A stretch of 64,000 nt of DNA, taken from positions 1,472,001 through 1,536,000 of the forward strand of contig OY843592.1 of assembly GCA_963692865.2 (NCBI GenBank), in the 5' to 3' direction. This DNA is from a bacterium (GTDB lineage Bacteria; UBA8248). Below are positions 17,532 through 27,148 of this stretch, piece by piece. Within the stretch, counting starts at the first letter, position 1. The number at the start of each line of letters is the position of its first letter. The notes beneath the pieces were generated by a model. That model did no database searches and had not been told where the DNA came from. It saw nothing but the letters and a program-made list of their open reading frames with translations. Made by a program: the position numbers and the translations under genes.

Positions 17532-18992
17532 ATGACGGACAAACGAATCGAAATCGCCATGGTGGCGAGCGAGATGTTTCCCTTCGCCAAATCGGGCGGA
17601 CTGGGCGACGTCATCGGCGCGCTGCCTTTGGCGCTTGGGCGGACGGGCCAAAAGGTCCGCGTCTATCTGCCCGCGTACCGTTCCGTTCTCCGGGAATATC
17701 GGCCCGGCTCCCCCACGCAGGTGGCGGACGTCTTCTCGGATGCGCGCTATGAGGTGTTCTCGCTCGAACACGAGGGCGGTTCGGTCCGGCTCGTCGCCGC
17801 CGATGACCTGTTCGATCGGGACGGGTTCTACGGAGACGCGCGAGGGGCGTTTCCCGACAACGCGGAGCGTTTCGCCCGTTTCGCCAGAGGCGCGCTATCC
17901 CACATGGAGCGGGAGGGAGCGTATCCGTTCATCGTCCATTGCCACGACTGGCAAAGCGCCCTGATACCGCCCTTGCTGAAATACCGCCGCGCGGAAGATG
18001 AGAAGTGGAGCGGGGTCTCCACTGTCTTCACCATCCACAACCTCGCCTATCAGGGCCGGTTCCACCCGGATGACTTCGCGCACACGTCTCTTCCCGATGA
18101 GGCGATGGGCGTCGAGGGCCTGGAGTTTTACGGCGACGTGAACTTCATGAAGGGCGGCATCCTGTTCAGCGACGTCATCTCCACCGTGAGCGGGCGCTAC
18201 GCGCGGGAGATGCTGACGGAAGAGCAGGGAGAAGGGCTCGAAGGCGTGGTTGCCCTTAAGGCTTCCTCATTGTTCGGCATCATGAACGGCATCGACGATG
18301 CGGTCTGGAATCCCGAGAACGACCCCCACATTCCGGCTCCTTTCTCGCCCGCGCACCCGGAGGGCAAGGCGAAGTGCAAGGCCGCGCTTCAGGCGGAGTT
18401 AAGGCTGGACGCGGGCGCGGAGGGGCCTTTGTGCGTCGTCGTCTCGCGGCTGGCGCACCAGAAGGGGATCGACCTCATTCTCGAAACGATGGATGAATTG
18501 ATGGATCTGGGCGTCAGCCTGGCCGTCCTGGGAACCGGCGAGGAGGAACTGGAGGAAGCCCTCGCCGAGGCCGCCTCGATCCACCGGGGCCGGGTGGCTT
18601 TCGCGCCCGCCTACGACGAGGCGCTCTCCCACCGCATGTACGCGGGCGGCGACGTCCTGCTCATGCCCTCGCGCTATGAACCTTCGGGCCTGAACCAGCT
18701 ATACGCCATGCGCTACGGCGCGCTGCCTTACGTGCGGCGCGTCGGCGGACTCGCGGATTCGGTGATTTCATCTACAACGCCCGAGGCGAACGCCGACACC
18801 GGCTTTCATTTCGATGCGTTCGCCGCGTCCGATTTTCTCGCCGGGATGAAGGGAATTTGCCGGGTGTTTTTGGATCAGGGGCTTTGGCGTATGATGATGC
18901 GCAACGCGATGGAGAAGGACTCCGGTTGGGACGGCGTCGCGCCCCGCTACGTCGAGTTGTACGAAAAGGCGATGCGCGCGCAGCCGCGTTGA
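17532..18992 (+). CDS. glgA: Glycogen synthase
   Basis: KSGGLGDV, HCHDWQ, TIHNLAYQG, MPSRYEP. Confidence 0.96.
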   Translation: MTDKRIEIAMVASEMFPFAKSGGLGDVIGALPLALGRTGQKVRVYLPAYRSVLREYRPGSPTQVADVFSDARYEVFSLEHEGGSVRLVAADDLFDRDGFYGDARGAFPDNAERFARFARGALSHMEREGAYPFIVHCHDWQSALIPPLLKYRRAEDEKWSGVSTVFTIHNLAYQGRFHPDDFAHTSLPDEAMGVEGLEFYGDVNFMKGGILFSDVISTVSGRYAREMLTEEQGEGLEGVVALKASSLFGIMNGIDDAVWNPENDPHIPAPFSPAHPEGKAKCKAALQAELRLDAGAEGPLCVVVSRLAHQKGIDLILETMDELMDLGVSLAVLGTGEEELEEALAEAASIHRGRVAFAPAYDEALSHRMYAGGDVLLMPSRYEPSGLNQLYAMRYGALPYVRRVGGLADSVISSTTPEANADTGFHFDAFAASDFLAGMKGICRVFLDQGLWRMMMRNAMEKDSGWDGVAPRYVELYEKAMRAQPR

Positions 18993-19017
18993 GACGGGCC
19001 GAGCAAAGGAGCGGAAC

Positions 19018-20247
19018 TTGGATTCGCGCGATCCCCGAGTCATAGCCTTCGTCATGGCGGGCGGCGCCGGGAACAGGCTTCGTCCCCTCACCGTCGCGCG
19101 CGGCAAGCCTGCCGTGCCGTTCGGATCGAAATACCGCATCATCGACTTCGTGCTGAGCAACCTGGTGAACTCGGGCTATCGCTCCATCTACGTGCTGGTG
19201 CAATACCTGGCCCAATCGCTTATCGAACATCTGAGACGCTCGTGGAACATCAGCGGCACGCTGGGCAAGGATTTCGTGACGGCCGTGCCGCCCCAGCAGC
19301 GCGCGGGCGAGTTCTGGTTCAAGGGGACGGCCGACTCCATCCACCAGAACAGGAACCTGGTGACCGACAACGCGCCCGACATCGTCCTGGTGTTCGGGGC
19401 GGACCACATCTACCGCATGGACGTGAGCCAGATGGTTCGCTTCCATCTCGAACGCGGGGCGGACGCGACCATATCGGCCCTGCCCGCGCCGCTCGAAGAC
19501 GCCCGGGAATTCGGGGTGCTGGCCGTGGACGAGGAAGGCCGTGTGGAGCGTTTCGACGAAAAGCCCCCCCACCCCCGGCCCATGCCGGGGGATTCCTCGC
19601 GCGCGCTCTGCTCCATGGGGAATTACGTGTTTTCCTCCCAGGTGCTGATGGACGCGCTCATCAGCGACGCGGCGCGCGAAGGGGAGCACGACTTCGGGCG
19701 CACCGTCATCCCCGCCCTTCTGGGCGAGCGCAAGAAACTCTACGCCTATGATTTCATGAAGAACGAGATTCCGGGCGTGCGATCCACCGAAGAGAGAGGC
19801 TACTGGCGCGACGTAGGGACCATCAAGAGCTACTGGGAGACGCAGATGGATCTCCTGGGAGAGACGCCGCGCCTCGACTTGAGCAACCCCGGGTGGCCGA
19901 TTCATACCAGCGCCTACCCGGGGCCGGGCAGCCGCATCGTATCCACGCAGGTGGATAACGCCCTGATCGGCGAGGGATGCCAGATTGCGGGGGCGCGGAT
20001 CGATCACTCCGTCATCGGCCGCGGCGTGATTATCGGCAAAGGGGCGGAGATCGTCGATTCCATCGTCATGGATCACACCCGCATCGGAGCAGGAGCCAAG
20101 CTCGAAAAAGCGATTGTCGACAGGTTCAACCGGATAGAAGCGGGCGCTTCTGTGGTGATAGACGAGGCCGAATCCTTTCCCGGCGCCCTTGCCGATCCTT
20201 CGGGCATCGTCGTCTTGCCGCGCGGGTTCACCCGGCCCGTCATATGA
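19018..20247 (+). CDS. glgC: Glucose-1-phosphate adenylyltransferase
   Basis: AGGAGNRL...KPAVPFG, GTADS, DFG, YWRDVGT, C-terminal beta-helix. Confidence 0.96.
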   Translation: MDSRDPRVIAFVMAGGAGNRLRPLTVARGKPAVPFGSKYRIIDFVLSNLVNSGYRSIYVLVQYLAQSLIEHLRRSWNISGTLGKDFVTAVPPQQRAGEFWFKGTADSIHQNRNLVTDNAPDIVLVFGADHIYRMDVSQMVRFHLERGADATISALPAPLEDAREFGVLAVDEEGRVERFDEKPPHPRPMPGDSSRALCSMGNYVFSSQVLMDALISDAAREGEHDFGRTVIPALLGERKKLYAYDFMKNEIPGVRSTEERGYWRDVGTIKSYWETQMDLLGETPRLDLSNPGWPIHTSAYPGPGSRIVSTQVDNALIGEGCQIAGARIDHSVIGRGVIIGKGAEIVDSIVMDHTRIGAGAKLEKAIVDRFNRIEAGASVVIDEAESFPGALADPSGIVVLPRGFTRPVI

Positions 20248-21746
20248 ATTCCGTGCGCATTGCGGACATCCGCAGCCGCGCTGAGGCCTTTCTCGGCGAA
20301 TCACGAAAGGAATGGTACGAGGTCGGCGCGGGCCTCAAGGAAGACGTGCGCCTGAGCGAGATTTTCGCCGAATACGCCGACCTCTTCACGCGCGGGAACG
20401 TCGAGGCGCTCGCTGCCCTCGCAGGTTCGGAAGAAGACGAGGCCGAGCGCTCCCGATTGGCCGAACTGCGCGGCTTCCTGACCCTGGCCCACATACGAAA
20501 TGCGACGAGAGAATCGAGCGAGCAGGCGCTTTTGTTCGAGACCAGGACGATGGTGGAAACGTCCGAGGGCGAGTCCATCCCCTACCGGCAAAGCGCCGTC
20601 GCGCTCCTGAACGAGCCGGACCGCGAGAAGCGGAGTTTCCTGGAGAGCGCCCGCTGTGAGGCCCTGGCGGAGAAGAACGGATTTCTGGAGAATATCCATC
20701 GCGCGACCCACGAGATGGCCGACGATTTGGGTTTCGAGGGCTACCTGGGGATGATGGCGGCGGTGAAGCGCTATCCGCTTGCGCCTGTTCGAGACGAGAT
20801 GGCGCGTTTTCTCGGACGCACCGAAGCGCTGTATGCCGAGGCGATGGAGGAGGCGATGCGCAAGGCGGGCGTTCCGCCTTCCTCAGCGCAGCGCCACGAC
20901 GCGCAGCACCTCTCCCGGGGCGCGGACTACGACGCTCTTTTTCCGGCGGAGAAAATCGAAACCTCGGCGCGGGCGGTATGCGCTTCGATGGGCCTTGATC
21001 TTCAGGCGGAGGGCAGGGTGCGCCTCGACATCGAGGACCGTCCGCTCAAGAGCCCCCGCGCGTTTTGCGCCTCCCTGCGCGTGCCCGAAGAGGTCTATCT
21101 CGTCATCAGGCCCCGCGGCGGGTATGACGATTACAGCGCGTTCTGGCACGAACTCGGCCACGCGCTCCATTTCGCAGGCGTGGCGGCGGACGCGCCTTTC
21201 GAGTGGAAGCGCCTGGGGGACAACTCCGTGACGGAGGGCTTCGCCATGCTCTTCGATCATCTTCTGCTCGAGCCGCTCTGGCTGGAAGACGCCCTGGGCG
21301 GGGAGGCGTCGGACTACGCGGCGTTTCTGGCGCACCATGCGCTTTTCGAACTCTACATGCTCAGGCGCTACGCGGCGAAAATCGACTATGAGCTCACGCT
21401 TCACCAGGGCGCGGAACTGGAAGGCAAGGACGCCGCCTACCGGGAGAAGCTGAGCGCGGCGACGCGGGTGGGATACCCTGAAATCTCCTATCTCGACGAC
21501 GTGGATCCGTTTTTCTACTGCGCGAACTATCTTCGGGCTTGGATGCTCCAGGCGCAGATGGCCGAGGTCTTGAAGACGAAGTTCGGCAAGAGGTGGTGGA
21601 CCAATCAGGAAAGCGGCGGATTCCTCATGGATATCTGGCGCGACGGGCAGCGCCACGACGGCGATTCCCTCTCCCGCCACCTGGGCTACCAGAGGCTCAC
21701 AACGGAGCCGCTCGAGGCGCAGATCAGGAACCTCATGCCCCGCTAG
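20244..21746 (+). CDS. Gluzincin metallopeptidase-like protein (M3/M32-like fold)
   Basis: HELGH plus downstream TEG; RPLKSPRAFC; ATG overlaps the glgC stop. Confidence 0.75.
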   Translation: MNSVRIADIRSRAEAFLGESRKEWYEVGAGLKEDVRLSEIFAEYADLFTRGNVEALAALAGSEEDEAERSRLAELRGFLTLAHIRNATRESSEQALLFETRTMVETSEGESIPYRQSAVALLNEPDREKRSFLESARCEALAEKNGFLENIHRATHEMADDLGFEGYLGMMAAVKRYPLAPVRDEMARFLGRTEALYAEAMEEAMRKAGVPPSSAQRHDAQHLSRGADYDALFPAEKIETSARAVCASMGLDLQAEGRVRLDIEDRPLKSPRAFCASLRVPEEVYLVIRPRGGYDDYSAFWHELGHALHFAGVAADAPFEWKRLGDNSVTEGFAMLFDHLLLEPLWLEDALGGEASDYAAFLAHHALFELYMLRRYAAKIDYELTLHQGAELEGKDAAYREKLSAATRVGYPEISYLDDVDPFFYCANYLRAWMLQAQMAEVLKTKFGKRWWTNQESGGFLMDIWRDGQRHDGDSLSRHLGYQRLTTEPLEAQIRNLMPR

Positions 21747-21768
21747 CGGGAATGCGAACTACCCCGAC

Positions 21769-22384
21769 GAGGCCGTTGAAAAAGCCCTCCTTGCTCGGAA
21801 TTGACCACCGCCGTCATTCACGCGAAAGCCGGAATGACGATCATAGCCGCACCGCCTCGTGGGGACAGGTCGCGACCTGGGCGGTTCACGAACCGCCCCT
21901 ACGGATGAAACCCTCCCTCCCCGGTCGCGTCGAACCCTCATTCCTCAATCGGGTTCGACCCCCGCAAACCGCCAAGGCCTCTTTCCTCACCCCGAGCAGC
22001 CGCCGGAGGTCAAACGCGACTGAGAAGGGGGTGTTGAAAAACCCCTTGCGAGCCGGTCGGGATCTCACCGTAGGGACCGCATATCATGCGGCCCTGCCTT
22101 GTCGCCTTCACAATACGGGTCGCATGATATGTCAGACATATATGTCTGACCTGCCAACCTCTGCGAAACGAAACGCAGGGGCGGACCTGTGTGTCCGCCC
22201 GACCCCGGAACGGGGTTTTTCGACAGCCCCGAGAAAAGAGCGTTTGCATCGAAGGGCGAGGGGAGTCGAACGCCTCGCGCCGGACGAGAGGCAATCGCTC
22301 CCGCATTGGTTGCGGTTGACCTTCGATACGGCGCTTACGCGCCTACTCAGGATGAGGCGGGGAAGGGGGCTTTTCAACAACCCC
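21769..22384. mobile_element. Composite MITE with IS1182-like ends containing nested repeats
   Basis: Ends GAGGCCGTTGAAAAAGCCC and GGGGCTTTTCAACAACCCC; about 400 bp near-identical, inverted, to part of 35902-36415. Confidence 0.75.
22027..22230. mobile_element. 204-bp MITE with IS1182 terminal IRs, 5-bp TSD and a REP doublet inside
   Basis: IRs at 22027-22045 and 22212-22230 each differ by one base from the IS IR; GAGAA on both sides. Confidence 0.88.
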
Positions 22385-22417
22385 TACAGGAACGACCGCG
22401 CATTTTCCGCGTAGACC

Positions 22418-23476
22418 CTAGAGCGCGACGGGTTGCCCCTCCTTGCACGAGCGGTCGGCCGCCATGGTGAGGGCGAGTACATCTCTGGCGTGCGCGCCCG
22501 TGGCGAGCCCCACGCCGCCGATTCCCAGGATGTGGCGCACGAAGGCGTCGGTCTCCTCCTTCATGGGGCCGAAGAACTCGCCCATCACGAAGTCCCCCGG
22601 CATGGCGGAGCCCAGGAAGGCCACGTTCACCTGGTGCTCGGGCGTGTAGGGGCAGGGGATCGGATCCTCGGGCGCCAGAATCACGTCCCTGTGCGCGTCG
22701 TCCACGTTCAGCGAGCCTTTCGTGCCTTGCAGGTCGATCTCCATCGTCGCCGTATAGGCGGGCCAGTGGTGGGGCGGGAGCCAGCTCGTGCCCAGCGTGG
22801 CCACGCTCCCGTCGTCGAAGGTGACGATCATCCACTGGAAATCGTCGCGGTTGTATTTTTTGAACACGAAGCTCGCCGAGCGCGCGTAGACCTCGACGGG
22901 TTTTTTCCCCTCCATGTACCAGAGGATGAGGTCGACCATGTAGGTGAGCGTGTTGATGGAGGGCGTGGTGTTGGGCGAGCGTCTCGCCACCGCCTCGCCC
23001 ACGGCGCGCGTGACGTAAATCTTGCCGAGCGCCATCACGATGTCGCCGAGCTGGCCGGCGAAGGCCGCCTGCTTGGCGAGCAGAAAGCGCCTTCTGTAGC
23101 GTTGGGTGTAGCCCACGAAAATCTCCGCGCCAGACGCGTCGGCTTTCGTGAGAATGTCGTCCGCCTCGTCGAGATCGAGCACGAAGGGCTTTTCGATGAG
23201 GGCGGGCTTTCCGAGCTCGGCCGCCAGGGCCGCCGGGCCGTGGTGGAACTCCTCGTCCGAGGAGACGATGACGGCGCCCACGCGCTCGTCGCGTATCGCC
23301 ACCTCGTATTCTTCCGTCGCCACGTCGGCCCGCACCGACTCCGCGAGGCGGTCGAGCTTCTCGGGCACGATGTCGCACACGGCGAGGTAGTCCACCTGGG
23401 GGATCTGCGCGCACGAGTGCGCCCTGAGCGTTCCGATGCCGCCCGCGCCGATGACGGCTACACCTGTCGTTTTCAC
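22418..23476 (-). CDS. Gfo/Idh/MocA family oxidoreductase
   Basis: IGAGGIG, EKP, GYTQRY. Confidence 0.9.
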   Translation of the reverse strand: MKTTGVAVIGAGGIGTLRAHSCAQIPQVDYLAVCDIVPEKLDRLAESVRADVATEEYEVAIRDERVGAVIVSSDEEFHHGPAALAAELGKPALIEKPFVLDLDEADDILTKADASGAEIFVGYTQRYRRRFLLAKQAAFAGQLGDIVMALGKIYVTRAVGEAVARRSPNTTPSINTLTYMVDLILWYMEGKKPVEVYARSASFVFKKYNRDDFQWMIVTFDDGSVATLGTSWLPPHHWPAYTATMEIDLQGTKGSLNVDDAHRDVILAPEDPIPCPYTPEHQVNVAFLGSAMPGDFVMGEFFGPMKEETDAFVRHILGIGGVGLATGAHARDVLALTMAADRSCKEGQPVAL

Positions 23477-23569
23477 AATCGTCTCCTCACTTTAATTTGC
23501 ATCCGCTTCGTTTCGGGGGAATAATCCCCGTGTCTCAGATAAGTTCCCATCATACATCTGGAGATTTCC

Positions 23570-24547
23570 ATGCGCATCGATGTTCAGACCCATCATGTAC
23601 CACATGCCTACGTCACGGCGCTCGCCGCCCGCTCCGATTTCCCGCGCTACGAGAAGGCGGGGGATTTCTGGTGGGCGTGGGCGAGCCCGTCGCAAAAACT
23701 CCCGATGCGGCTTCCCGCCCTGGACATCGACATCAAGCTCGCCGAGATGGATGAGCAGGAAATCGATATTGCCCTAATCAGCATCAACATTCCAGGCCCG
23801 GACCTCGCCAAAAGCCCCGAAGACGCGGACGAACTCGCGAGAATCGGGAACGACGGCCTGGCCGAGGCGGCGGCGCGCCATCCGGGGCGCTTCCGGGGCG
23901 TGGCGTCGCTCGGCTTCGGCGAGGTGGACGCGGCCTGCCGCGAACTGGAGCGCTGCGTGGACGACCTCGATTTCGTGGGCCTTCAGGTGTTCGCCTACGT
24001 CGGCGGCGAACGCTACATCGACGACGCGGCCCATGAACCCCTCTGGGGTCTTCTGGCCGAGCGCGGCGTTCCGCTCGTGCTGCATCCGGGGCCTTCTCCC
24101 TCGGGGCCGCATTACGAGGATCACTGGCTGGGGCCGATGATCGGCTTCATGTTCGACGAGTGCCTGGCGGCGCTGCGGCTCATCCTGAGCGGCGTGCTGG
24201 AGCGCCACCCGAACCTCAAGGTGTTGCTGCCGCACGGGGGCGCGTCTCTACCGCTGTTCATCGGGCGGGTGGACAACCTGAGTTCGCGCTACCGCGAGGA
24301 TCAGGAACTCATCACGCGCGACCCGAGCGAATACTTCGCGCGCTTCCATACGGACACGGTGGTTCACTCGCAGACGGCGCTCGAGTTCTCCCTACGGGAG
24401 ATGGGCGCGTCGCGCATGATGTTCGCGAGCGACGCTCCCTGGGTGCCCGTGAAGCGCCACGCCGACATGATGGACGCGCTCGATATCTCGGCCGAAGACG
24501 CGGAGAGAATCTGGAGTGGCACGGCGAGGGAGTTCTTCGGGCTGTAG
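23570..24547 (+). CDS. Amidohydrolase_2 family (ACMSD/decarboxylase-like)
   Basis: IDVQTH, LHP, PHGG, FASDAPW. Confidence 0.88.
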   Translation: MRIDVQTHHVPHAYVTALAARSDFPRYEKAGDFWWAWASPSQKLPMRLPALDIDIKLAEMDEQEIDIALISINIPGPDLAKSPEDADELARIGNDGLAEAAARHPGRFRGVASLGFGEVDAACRELERCVDDLDFVGLQVFAYVGGERYIDDAAHEPLWGLLAERGVPLVLHPGPSPSGPHYEDHWLGPMIGFMFDECLAALRLILSGVLERHPNLKVLLPHGGASLPLFIGRVDNLSSRYREDQELITRDPSEYFARFHTDTVVHSQTALEFSLREMGASRMMFASDAPWVPVKRHADMMDALDISAEDAERIWSGTAREFFGL

Positions 24548-24560
24548 GGCGTCCGCCTCA

Positions 24561-24980
24561 GGGGATGTTGAAAAAACCTCCCAATTCCGTGATTCGGCGT
24601 ATGGAAATTTTCGCCCGGGACGGGGAGGTCCCGAGATGTTGGGACGAAAGAACCGCGCCCGGGTGGACTCGTTCGTCGCCAGTTTGCTCGCCGTCCCGGA
24701 GCGGGAGCGTTCCCTTCGTCCTGCGCAGCCGCCGTATTGGCCTCACCCTGAGTAGCCGCCGAAGGTAAAATGCGACTGAGAAAGGAGCGTTTGTATCGAA
24801 GGTTTGACCCTACCTCCTCGGTCGGGTCAAACCCTCGATACGGCGCGCAAGCGCGCCTACTCGGGATGAGGGAGGGGCTTGGTCGCGAGCCGCTGGCCCC
24901 GTTCGGTGTGAGGAAGGTGTTGCGCGCAAGGGCGGCGAATGCGCCGCCATACCCCCCTTGAGGGGGTTTTCAACAGTCCG
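24561..24980. mobile_element. 420-bp MITE with IS1182-like ends and 5-bp TSD
   Basis: GGGGATGTTGAAAAAACC ... GGGGGTTTTCAACAGTCCG; CCTCA at 24556-24560 and 24981-24985; contains an empty CCTCAyCCTGAGTAG-type palindromic element at about 24741-24871. Confidence 0.8.
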
Positions 24981-24982
24981 CC

Positions 24983-25438
24983 TCAGGCGCCGCTTCTCAG
25001 CAGCATGCGCTTCACGTCGTATTCGAGCACGACCTCGCCGTTCTGGTTGCGCACCCTCTGGCGCGTGGAGACGACGCCGCGGTCGGGCCTGCTCCTGGAG
25101 GGCCGCACGTCCGTCGTCTCGACTTCCACCGTCAGCGTATCGCCCACGTAGACCGGCGCGCGCGCCACGAGGCCGTCCACGCCCAGGAGCGCGATCGCGT
25201 AATCGTGCAGAACGCCCGTCTGGACGATCAGGGTATCCGCGATTCCGCAGGTGAACAGGGCCGGGGCCATGCGTTTTTCGTGGCCTTTTTCCCGCAAAAA
25301 CTCCATGTCGAGGAACAGGCTTTCCGTATAGCCCACCAGGTTGACGTAGTTCACCACGTCGGTCTCGGTGATGGTCCTGCCCCGGGTGGTGAACTTGCTC
25401 CCGACTTCCCATTTTTCGAACGCAACGCCTTCGCTCAT
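24983..25438 (-). CDS. MaoC/PaaZ-type hotdog dehydratase
   Basis: RTITETDV, PVYVGDTL, NQNGEVV; GGAGG upstream of the ATG at 25438. Confidence 0.88.
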   Translation of the reverse strand: MSEGVAFEKWEVGSKFTTRGRTITETDVVNYVNLVGYTESLFLDMEFLREKGHEKRMAPALFTCGIADTLIVQTGVLHDYAIALLGVDGLVARAPVYVGDTLTVEVETTDVRPSRSRPDRGVVSTRQRVRNQNGEVVLEYDVKRMLLRSGA

Positions 25439-25594
25439 CGAAACTGAAACCTCCCGAATGATTGTGTGATTCCGCAGAAGGGCGATTCTACAGGCGGTGG
25501 CGGGAATCTTCAAAGTTCGCGGGGGTTCGGTAGTGTCTCATTTTGAAAACGGGAACATCACAAAGGTTGGATAATAAACCGGCGGGTTCCGGCC

Positions 25595-25843
25595 TCAGCC
25601 TCCGGTGCGCTCGATGAGAACCTTTTGCCCTTCGATGAGCGCCTTGAGCGCAGACATGTTCTCTTCTCTGCCATTCCTGATCTCTTCCATATTCTCTTCA
25701 TGGCGGCGGACGCTCCCGCGCTCCCTGTATTCCGTGCCGCGTTGCATCTGCCGGATTCCGTAGAATATCAACCCGAGGCCGATGTATTGCCCGACAACGC
25801 CGAGCGCCGAGAACAACAGGCTGTAGGATTCATAAGGCGTCAT
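25595..25843 (-). CDS. Small single-TM protein with a charged coiled tail
   Basis: RBS GGAGA; hydrophobic N-terminus then EENM-containing repeats. Confidence 0.7.
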   Translation of the reverse strand: MTPYESYSLLFSALGVVGQYIGLGLIFYGIRQMQRGTEYRERGSVRRHEENMEEIRNGREENMSALKALIEGQKVLIERTGG

Positions 25844-26216
25844 GTGACTTTCTCCACCGCATCGCCCGGCCACTTCCGTCCACCGGGGTCCGCAGCCGTT
25901 CCGCTTTCCCCGTTGACGGAGTACCAAAGTCTCATATGGCCTCATAGGGCGTAAAGTCCATTTTTGAACGATCGATTCAATTGTCTTCTGCCCACCAGTA
26001 GATGACTCCGAACGGCGTCGAAGGGTGGGGTTCGAGCGATCATTGCCGAATCTGGATAGAGGTCGGCCCCTGGCGGGTCAACAGGATGGGCGCGAAAGAC
26101 GCTTCTATGGAAATGGAATAATCGCCAGAATATCAATAACGTAACCAGGATGGAACCTGGCGGCGTCCAAAGGTATAATAGGCGAGTCGCCGGTAATGTC
26201 TTTGCTGGGGGGGTGG

Positions 26217-26960
26217 ATGATGAAGCGTATCGCAATCGCCGTCTCGTTGGGTGTTTTGGCGGTCGTTTTTCTCGTAAGCGTCGCGTCGGCGGATGGGCGT
26301 CGCGGAAACCGCCACGGGTATCAAAGGCATCATAAATACAAATCGGGTCGACACCACAGAGTGCGTCAACACCGCAAATGGCGTCGCCATCATCGCCGTC
26401 CCCGCGTCGTCGTCCGCCATAACTTCTGGTACGGCTATCCTGTGTGGTACGGCTATCCGGTCTGGACCGGCCCCCGCGTCATTTACCGCTCCTATCCGCG
26501 CGAGCGTTACGTCTACCATCCCGCAGATGATGATTGCGCGGCATATTACGTCAATAACGACAACGAGGTTCTCGGCTCGGTGATCGGCGCGATCGGCGGC
26601 GGCGTCATCGGCCATCAGGTCGGCAAGGGAAGCGGACAGGCGTTGGCCACCTTCGCGGGCGTGCTGCTCGGCAGCGTCGTGGGCGGGCAGATAGGCCGCG
26701 ACCTCGATGAGGCCGAGCGGCTCAAGCTCGCCGGCGCCACGCAGTACGCGCTCGAGAACCAGCGCTCCGGCACGCGCACCGTGTGGGACAACCCCGAGGG
26801 GCGGGTCTGCGGCGTCGTCGTTCCCAGGCCGGCGTTCAAGAACGAACTCGACCAGTACTGCCGGGAGTTCCAGCAGACGATTGTCGTAGGCGGCGAGAAG
26901 CAAAACGCCTACGGCACCGCCTGCAGACAGCCCGACGGGCAATGGAAGATCGTCAACTAA
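26217..26960 (+). CDS. RT0821/Lpp0805-like (17-kDa antigen) glycine-zipper surface protein
   Basis: Signal peptide, glycine zipper, WDNP, YCREFQQT, AYGTACRQPDGQWKIV. Confidence 0.88.
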   Translation: MMKRIAIAVSLGVLAVVFLVSVASADGRRGNRHGYQRHHKYKSGRHHRVRQHRKWRRHHRRPRVVVRHNFWYGYPVWYGYPVWTGPRVIYRSYPRERYVYHPADDDCAAYYVNNDNEVLGSVIGAIGGGVIGHQVGKGSGQALATFAGVLLGSVVGGQIGRDLDEAERLKLAGATQYALENQRSGTRTVWDNPEGRVCGVVVPRPAFKNELDQYCREFQQTIVVGGEKQNAYGTACRQPDGQWKIVN

Positions 26961-27148
26961 TCTACTGACGTCTATGGGTTTTGTTGAAATAATCCCCCCG
27001 ATACAGCAAATGGATTTCTGAATCCACATACGCTTATGGAATGACTCCCCCCTCGGGAAGCCCGACCCTCAAAAGGGGCTGTTGAAAAAGTCCCAGGAAG
27101 CGATTCTGAGTTGCGCGCATGCTTTTTGAAGTTCACTCCCCCCTTGAG

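Noticed and set aside
21539-22470. ORFs across the repeat block (also 35929-36417 and the non-DUF1330, non-RAYT ORFs in 57156-60638)
   Set aside because: Translations of palindromic repeats; near-identical peptides recur wherever the repeat does
25850-26200. Riboswitch or ncRNA in a long intergenic gap
   Set aside because: No recognisable consensus by eye; an Rfam scan is needed
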